A stretch of 12,308 nucleotides of DNA from Promethearchaeota archaeon (GTDB lineage Archaea > Asgardarchaeota > Thorarchaeia > Thorarchaeales > Thorarchaeaceae). This document shows positions 1 through 5,608 of the stretch, in pieces (within the stretch, counting starts at the first letter, position 1; every line of letters starts with the position of its first letter). The notes under the pieces were generated by a model. It did no database searches. It was given only the letters and a program-made list of their open reading frames with translations, and was not told the origin of the DNA. Location of the stretch: NCBI GenBank assembly GCA_027031765.1, contig JALVPN010000084.1, positions 2,693 through 15,000 on the forward strand. The letters are read 5' to 3'. The position numbers and the translations under genes are program-made.

Positions 1-831
1 GTTGAGATACTGCACAACGGCTCTCTCGTCCATGACGACCTCATCGACCACGATGAGACACGTCGCGGCGGCAAGACCTTTCACGCGACGTACCGCGACC
101 TATACGGTGAGAAGACCGGTCGCCGTGACCTGGGAGTCCAGCTCGGTATGACAATGGCCATCCTTGGTGGCGACTCCCTCATCAATATGGGCGCCAGTGC
201 AATCACAGCCGCGGGCCTTGACCCTGACATTGCAGCCGCCTGCCACCACCTCTACCAGCAGGGCTTTCAGGACCTCGTGGACGGCGTCCTCCTCGAAATG
301 AACATGGTCACCGAGCCCTCCACCACTCCTGAGACCTACCTCCGGATGATCCGTATGAAGACGGCTGCACTCTTTGAGCGCGCTCTCATGATGGGTGCCA
401 CCATCGCACGGGGCACACAGTCCCAACTGGACGCGCTGCAGGAGTTTGGCATCAGGGTCGGCCAGGCCTTCCAGGTGCAGGACGACATCCTCGGCTCCTT
501 CGGCGACGAGGCCCGCACAGGCAAGTCCGCCTCAGGTGATATCCGGGAGGGCAAGCGTACAATGCTCGTCATCGAGGCGTATGCCCGTGGTTCCCAAGAG
601 AAGAGGGCCGTCCTCGACTCGCTCCTTGGCAGGCCTGACATGTCCGAGGAGGACGTCGAACAGGTGCGCAGTGTCTTCGTCGATACGGGCGCCCTCAAGG
701 CATGTCATCAACACGCAGAACGACTGCTGCGCACAGGACAGCAGGCACTCGACCGGGCCAGCCCGCCCCTGGTCTCACAGTACCGCGACTTGGTCGACCT
801 CTCCGAGTTCCTCGTGAACCGTGACTACTGA
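1..831 (+). CDS. Trans-isoprenyl diphosphate synthase (polyprenyl synthetase family), 5'-truncated by the window edge
   Basis: The frame is open from base 1 (VEILHNGSLVHDDLIDHDETRRGG), giving the first Asp-rich motif DDxxD plus RRG that the ORF track (start 148) misses. Second motif FQVQDDILG, then FGDEARTGK and DIREGKRT. Stop TGA 829-831. Confidence 0.95.
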   Translation, partial: VEILHNGSLVHDDLIDHDETRRGGKTFHATYRDLYGEKTGRRDLGVQLGMTMAILGGDSLINMGASAITAAGLDPDIAAACHHLYQQGFQDLVDGVLLEMNMVTEPSTTPETYLRMIRMKTAALFERALMMGATIARGTQSQLDALQEFGIRVGQAFQVQDDILGSFGDEARTGKSASGDIREGKRTMLVIEAYARGSQEKRAVLDSLLGRPDMSEEDVEQVRSVFVDTGALKACHQHAERLLRTGQQALDRASPPLVSQYRDLVDLSEFLVNRDY

Positions 832-1019
832 CCACCAACTCCCGGTACCGGTGGACCCGGCCCCTCGTCACCGCGGGAATGATTGCTGTGTCCCCACCGG
901 TACAGTCCTACCAGTTGTGGGCCCCCACGCCCACCGTACAGTGGATGTCGAACCCGCTGTCAACACGACCCCGGCACAGAGGTTCTCAGGGACGCTTGGT
1001 CTACCGGCAATATGTGCTG

Positions 1020-1037
1020 ATGACAGGGTGCTGTCAT
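1020..1037. promoter_or_regulatory. Inverted repeat ATGACAG-N4-CTGTCAT, candidate operator upstream of thioredoxin
   Basis: Perfect 7-bp arms (1020-1026, 1031-1037). CTGTCA ends 26 nt before the TTTAAA box. The same half-site recurs at 5340-5362. Confidence 0.4.
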
Positions 1038-1054
1038 GTATGGGCCCGGCCATT

Positions 1055-1070
1055 CCCAAACCTTTAAATC
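1055..1070 (+). promoter_or_regulatory. Archaeal BRE/TATA promoter of thioredoxin
   Basis: CAAA-CC-TTTAAA (TTTAAA 1063-1068), an AT-rich island in GC-rich DNA about 45 nt before ATG 1112. Shine-Dalgarno GGAGG at 1099-1103. Confidence 0.65.
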
Positions 1071-1111
1071 GGGTGTGCACGGAGTGCGCACAATCGAAGG
1101 AGGAAGGCGCC

Positions 1112-1531
1112 ATGGATGACGATGACGAACTGGCACTGATCCGGCGGAGAAAGATGGAGGCCCTGATGCGGCGTGCGCGTGAGCCGAAGGTGCAGGAGCC
1201 GCTGGCGAACGGGCGCACGAACCCGCTGACCGATGGCAACTTCTGGAGCACGCTCAGACAGACACGCGCTGCGGTGGTCGACGTCTATGGTGAGTGGTGC
1301 GGGCCGTGCAAGGCAGTGGCCCCCATCCTTGAAGAGCTGGCACAGCAGTATGCTGGTCGCGTCTTCTTTGGCAAGCTCGACATCGACCGTAACCCGCGCA
1401 CCACGGCACAGTTTGGTATCCGGTCAGTACCAATGGTGATAGGGTTCAAGAACGGCCGGTCAGCACTCTCGCTGCTGGGGCTGAGGCCACATGCAGACTA
1501 CGTGAACATGATTGAGCGCCTGCTGAAGTAG
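1112..1531 (+). CDS. trxA: Thioredoxin (WCGPC) with a charged helical N-terminal extension, 139 aa
   Basis: VVDVYGEWCGPC active site, SVP cis-Pro loop and FKNG motif. Start placed at ATG 1112 because GGAGG lies 8 nt upstream. The extra 97 codons from 821 do not resemble thioredoxin. Confidence 0.93.
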   Translation: MDDDDELALIRRRKMEALMRRAREPKVQEPLANGRTNPLTDGNFWSTLRQTRAAVVDVYGEWCGPCKAVAPILEELAQQYAGRVFFGKLDIDRNPRTTAQFGIRSVPMVIGFKNGRSALSLLGLRPHADYVNMIERLLK

Positions 1532-1617
1532 CGGCTCCGCCTGTGCTAGGGCCGGAGGGGTCGGGCATCGCAGTACCGCGGTGACAAGGTGTGTCCTGAT
1601 ACGGTGCATGTCCCAGC

Positions 1618-2478
1618 TCAGCGGTCTGACACAGTGACCTTGCCTGTTGCGTCAACAGCGGCCACAGGCATGGCCTTGGTAGTGGTGGCCCAGCCGACCT
1701 CACCGTCCCGGTCTATCACAATCACACCCGCCCGCGAGTCGGTCTTCTCTAGCAGCACCTCGAGGCCGTGTGACGCAGCATCGCTGACCGGCTCGCCCTG
1801 CTGGACAAAGAGTGCGACCGTCCTGCTGAGCGTGACCCGCATGATGTCCTCACCACGTCCTGTGGCCGAGACGCCGCAGAGCTCGTCCGCGTAGGCCCCT
1901 GCACCGAAGACCGGACTGTCACCGACCCGGCCGGGCATCTTCTTCGCCGTGCCGCCAGTCGAAGATGTGGCCGCAACCCTACCCTCTGAGTCAACCACAA
2001 CGCAGCCCACAGTGTCACCACTCGGGGGCGGTCCGATGTCAGGCCGTTTGATAATGCCCGGGACGACCTCCTGCCTGTAGTCGTTGTTGACCATCTCGTA
2101 GTACAGCCGTTCGGCACCCGGACCGGCAAAGAACGAGTGCGGTGTCTTGTCCATGACGTAGCGCGCAATACAGATGGGGTTGTACATGTTGGTCACCGCA
2201 GCCACGGCGCCGAACGAGAGGGCAGTGCCGTCAATAATCATGGCGTCGAGCTCCTGCATTCCATCAAGGTTGCGCCTCGCGCCGACGCCGGCATTGACAC
2301 CACCACAGCTCTCAAGGTACATGGTGCAGGCCTCGGCGGCGTCGACGGCTGTCCCACCCGCACGGAGGACCTCCCATGCCCTGAGGGCAGCGGCCCGCAC
2401 GTAGACCTTTGCGGCCTCCAGGCGGTCGTCAGACCATGCGCCGGCACCACCATGCACGACTATTGCAGGTACTGTCAT
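1618..2478 (-). CDS. iaaA: Isoaspartyl peptidase/L-asparaginase (Ntn hydrolase, asparaginase-2 family), 286 aa
   Basis: N-terminal IVVHGGAG, ELDAMIIDG, nucleophile site GDTVG, STGG, GRVGDSP and TGRGE motifs. Start placed at MTVPAIVVHGG (CAT 2476-2478), where family homology begins. Confidence 0.92.
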   Translation of the reverse strand: MTVPAIVVHGGAGAWSDDRLEAAKVYVRAAALRAWEVLRAGGTAVDAAEACTMYLESCGGVNAGVGARRNLDGMQELDAMIIDGTALSFGAVAAVTNMYNPICIARYVMDKTPHSFFAGPGAERLYYEMVNNDYRQEVVPGIIKRPDIGPPPSGDTVGCVVVDSEGRVAATSSTGGTAKKMPGRVGDSPVFGAGAYADELCGVSATGRGEDIMRVTLSRTVALFVQQGEPVSDAASHGLEVLLEKTDSRAGVIVIDRDGEVGWATTTKAMPVAAVDATGKVTVSDR

Positions 2479-2628
2479 TGGGTCATACCCCACTGGCCGT
2501 CCTGAGAGTGTCGTACCACGGCGGGTGCAGGGGGCGATTTCTATGTTTCGTACCGGGCTGCCGTGGTCCACCCACAAGAGTGAGCAGTGACAGCACGTGT
2601 GCCGGTAGCAGCTGTCGTCACAGCTAGA

Positions 2629-2634
2629 GTTAAG
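2629..2634 (+). promoter_or_regulatory. Possible TATA-like box for the membrane-protein gene
   Basis: GTTAAG about 33 nt before ATG 2667, a spacing compatible with a leaderless transcript. Weak match. Confidence 0.3.
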
Positions 2635-2666
2635 TGGGCCCTATCCGGTTGCCTTGCCCGGTAGCA

Positions 2667-3287
2667 ATGAAGACTGCCGCATGCATGTCCCTGTTCATGC
2701 TCGTGATGGTCATGGTAGTGCCGGTACGTGCTCTCTCCTTTGAGCCGGCCACCTTCTACGACCAGGGGATTGAGGTCACCGCGGAGGTCTCGGCGTCCGT
2801 GCCATGGACCAGTCCCTTCTCTGAGGACGTCGAGCTGACGCTGACGGTCCGCCCAAACAGGTCCGATGTCGTACAGGTCAACATTACGGAGGTGACCCTG
2901 AGCGTGAACCGCAGGGTGGACAATACCACAAGCTTCATGCTCGTGGTAGCGAGCACGCACGGGCTGTCGGAGCCCGTTACCGGGACGTCGCAGGCCCAGT
3001 ACTCGTCGTCGTTCCACCTGTCAGGCACCACAGCTGCCCCGATGTGTTACTTTGGCGTGTCTGTCTGCGGCACGTACTCCAACGGGACCCATGTGTTCGA
3101 GTACGAGGTCTTCTCTAACCAGAGCCTCGTGGGCCCCTTCGAGATATCTGCAAGCCTTGCCACTCCGCAGGTGCTTGTCGGCCTGGGAATCTCGCTGGCC
3201 TTCATTGTTGTGCTGGTGGTCGGCCTCCTCTCCCTGAAACGCTCCCGGGCAGGACCAAAGAGACGACGCCGCCTCCTTGAGGAGTGA
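2667..3287 (+). CDS. Hypothetical single-pass membrane (glyco)protein, 206 aa
   Basis: Signal peptide MKTAACMSLFMLVMVMVVPVRA; V/T/S-rich ectodomain with sequons NIT, NTT, NGT, NQS; C-terminal TM VLVGLGISLAFIVVLVVGLLSL; basic tail KRSRAGPKRRRR. Confidence 0.8.
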   Translation: MKTAACMSLFMLVMVMVVPVRALSFEPATFYDQGIEVTAEVSASVPWTSPFSEDVELTLTVRPNRSDVVQVNITEVTLSVNRRVDNTTSFMLVVASTHGLSEPVTGTSQAQYSSSFHLSGTTAAPMCYFGVSVCGTYSNGTHVFEYEVFSNQSLVGPFEISASLATPQVLVGLGISLAFIVVLVVGLLSLKRSRAGPKRRRRLLEE

Positions 3288-3392
3288 AGGTGCGAGTACG
3301 CGACCGGCCAGTGTCACGTGCTGCTCTCGCCGGTGCTCATAGGGCAGTACTCATAAAGCGGGTGCGACAGTATGCACCCGGATGACCATGCA

Positions 3393-5174
3393 ATGACAGC
3401 AGAAGAGATGGTATGGGATCTCTCGCAGCTTGTCGAGAAGGAGGACGAGGAGTGGGTCTTGTCACAGCTCAAGGCCGCAGTCAGGGAGGCCGGGGCTTTC
3501 CGTGACAGGTACCGTGGACGCATCACCTCTTTCTCCGCCAAGGACCTGTTGGACTTCCTCGTGGAGTCGGATGACCTCCAACTGAAGTATGACGGTGTGT
3601 TCCAGTACTGCTTCCTCACGTACTCAGCAGATATGACCAAGGCCCGCGCACAGCGTCTGTTCAATGCAGCACAGCGCACCCGGATGCAGATTGAGAAGAC
3701 GGTCTCATTTGTGGACCTCGAGCTGGGCAAGCTCCTGAGCGAGCAGCCCGGACTGGTCGATGACCCGGTGCTCTCTGAGTACAGACACTACCTGGAAGGA
3801 ATCATGCGCAGGACGCCACACATGCTCTCGGAGAAGGAGGAGCAGCTCATTGTCATAAAGGACAGGAACGGGATTGAGGCGTGGCAGCAGCTGCAGGGCG
3901 ACTGGCTGTCCACACGCACCTTCGAGATCGATGTCGACGGCGAGGTCAAGACCATGCCGTATGGTCAGATCATAGGCCTCTACCAGAGCCCTGACCGGGA
4001 CCTCCGCAGACGGACCAACAAGGTGGTGTACGAAGGCCTTGGAAAGGACCAGATTGTCTGGGCCAGCGCGATACGTGCCGTGTGCAGCGACCACCTTGAG
4101 ATGTGCAGGCTCCGCAAGTACTCGGACCCGATGGAGCCCTCCCTCATTGTCAACGATGTCGAGAGGGCAACGATTGACAGCCTGATGAAGACGATTGAGA
4201 AGAACGTCGGGCTGTACAGGGAGTACCTCCGCCTCAAGGCGAAGGCGATGGGCCTCGACAGACTCGGCAACTGGGACATTGTGGCCCCACTGCCCACCCC
4301 AACGGAGAAGAAGTTCTCGTGGTCTGACTCACGGAACATCATCGTGTCGGCCTACAGGGAGTTCGATGGAGAGGTGGGCGAGTGGATTGACCAGATGTAC
4401 GAGCGCCGCCACATCGATGGCGAGGTGCGCAATGGCAAGCGCTCCGGTGCCTTCTGTTCCACCTGGATGAGCGGGAAGAGCGCATACATCCTCCAGAGCT
4501 TCAACGGCACCATGGGCGACGTCTTCACACAGGCCCACGAGCTCGGTCATGCCATGCACGCCCACCTGGGTACGCGTGCCCAGCGCCCCACGAACTATCA
4601 GGTCGGGCCGTGCATAGCCGAGACCGGTAGCATCTTCGGCGAACTCCTGCTGGCCGAGAAGCTGCTCTCCCAGGCCGGGTCGGAGGAGGAACGGAGGGCA
4701 ATCCTCGCGTCCGTACTCGACGAGTTCGGGATAGCTGCATTCCAGGTCTCGGCCCGCGTCTGGTTCGAGCAGTCACTGTATGACGCTATCGAGGCCGGCA
4801 AGTACCTCGACGGCGAGACCATTGCAGAGCTCTGGTGCCGCGCCCGCGACAGGATATACGGTGACGCCGTGGAGTGGCTGCCAGAGATGAAGTGGGAGTG
4901 GACCATGAAGGTGCACTACTACATGGCCAACTTCAGGTTCTACAACTACCCCTACGTCTACGCGCAGCTCTTCGTCTATGCCATGTACCGCCTCTACAAG
5001 GAGCAGGGCAAGGAGTTCGTCCCCAGACTCAAGAAGATCCTGGCCGCTGGCTCCAGCAGGTCACCACGTGAACTCGCAGCCGAGATCGGCTTTGATATCA
5101 CCAAGGAGGCCTTCTGGCAGAAGGGCATGGACCAGTTCGCCGAGTTCATCGAGATGTTCAGGGAGACCCTCTGA
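3393..5174 (+). CDS. pepF: Oligoendopeptidase F (peptidase M3B), 593 aa
   Basis: WDLS at the N-terminus, GKRSGAF, zinc motif HELGH, AETGS third-ligand region and HYY...FYNYPY motif. Start at MTAEEMVWDLS (3393) is preferred over 3372; CATAAAG at 3352-3358 may be its TATA box. Confidence 0.93.
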   Translation: MTAEEMVWDLSQLVEKEDEEWVLSQLKAAVREAGAFRDRYRGRITSFSAKDLLDFLVESDDLQLKYDGVFQYCFLTYSADMTKARAQRLFNAAQRTRMQIEKTVSFVDLELGKLLSEQPGLVDDPVLSEYRHYLEGIMRRTPHMLSEKEEQLIVIKDRNGIEAWQQLQGDWLSTRTFEIDVDGEVKTMPYGQIIGLYQSPDRDLRRRTNKVVYEGLGKDQIVWASAIRAVCSDHLEMCRLRKYSDPMEPSLIVNDVERATIDSLMKTIEKNVGLYREYLRLKAKAMGLDRLGNWDIVAPLPTPTEKKFSWSDSRNIIVSAYREFDGEVGEWIDQMYERRHIDGEVRNGKRSGAFCSTWMSGKSAYILQSFNGTMGDVFTQAHELGHAMHAHLGTRAQRPTNYQVGPCIAETGSIFGELLLAEKLLSQAGSEEERRAILASVLDEFGIAAFQVSARVWFEQSLYDAIEAGKYLDGETIAELWCRARDRIYGDAVEWLPEMKWEWTMKVHYYMANFRFYNYPYVYAQLFVYAMYRLYKEQGKEFVPRLKKILAAGSSRSPRELAAEIGFDITKEAFWQKGMDQFAEFIEMFRETL

Positions 5175-5193
5175 GCAGTGATGACAACGGTGG

Positions 5194-5261
5194 GTGGACG
5201 GCAAGGGTGCTCCCGGCCCGGTACTGGGCCCACGGTCAGCACCCCGGCCAACCCCGTCCAC
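5194..5261. other. Nested stem-loop 19 nt downstream of the pepF stop (possible 3' UTR structure or terminator)
   Basis: GTGGACGG/CCGTCCAC (8 bp), GGGTGCT/AGCACCC (7 bp) and GGCCCG/TGGGCC (6 bp, one G.U) closing a GTAC loop. No following U-tract. Confidence 0.5.
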
Positions 5262-5339
5262 TGAGCCGCCAGTCCGGGCTGGACACAGTGTCTGACCCCA
5301 GGCCGGAACAGGACATCCAGCAGTCCGGCTCTGATGTAC

Positions 5340-5402
5340 CTGACAGTTGGTGGGGCTGTCAGTACGATAGAGGTGGGGGGAGTGAAGTTAATAAGCTGTC
5401 AG
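5340..5402 (+). promoter_or_regulatory. TATA-like box TTAATAAG (5388-5395) flanked by CTGACAG/CTGTCAG sites
   Basis: Inverted repeat CTGACAG-N9-CTGTCAG (5340-5362), the strongest AT island of this intergenic region at 5388-5395, and a third CTGTCAG directly after it (5396-5402). Confidence 0.45.
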
Positions 5403-5608
5403 GCCCCGTAGCCACTTGGACACGGTTCCACGTCCGCTCACCGCCTGTGCTGACCACTAGGCCCTCCGGTGTAGACCCCCCACGACCGCCCTGTGCGCTG
5501 CACGCAGGTGTGTAGCCCACTGTGATGCACCCGCTCGACACTTGGGACACTCGGGGCGGTACGGTGCTGGCACGGCAGACCCGAACGAGACTGGGTAAGG
5601 GACTCGAT

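Noticed and set aside
466-495. Second Asp-rich motif reading DDILG rather than DDxxD as a sign of inactivation
   Set aside because: DDxxG variants are common in archaeal and actinobacterial prenyltransferases, and the surrounding catalytic motifs are intact.
893-942. Near-identical direct repeat CCCACC(G)GTACAGT at 893-906 and 930-942
   Set aside because: Only two short copies, with no conservation evidence and no link to a promoter position.
821-1111. 97-codon N-terminal extension of thioredoxin
   Set aside because: It contains the TATA box and Shine-Dalgarno of ATG 1112, overlaps the upstream gene and has no domain-like sequence.
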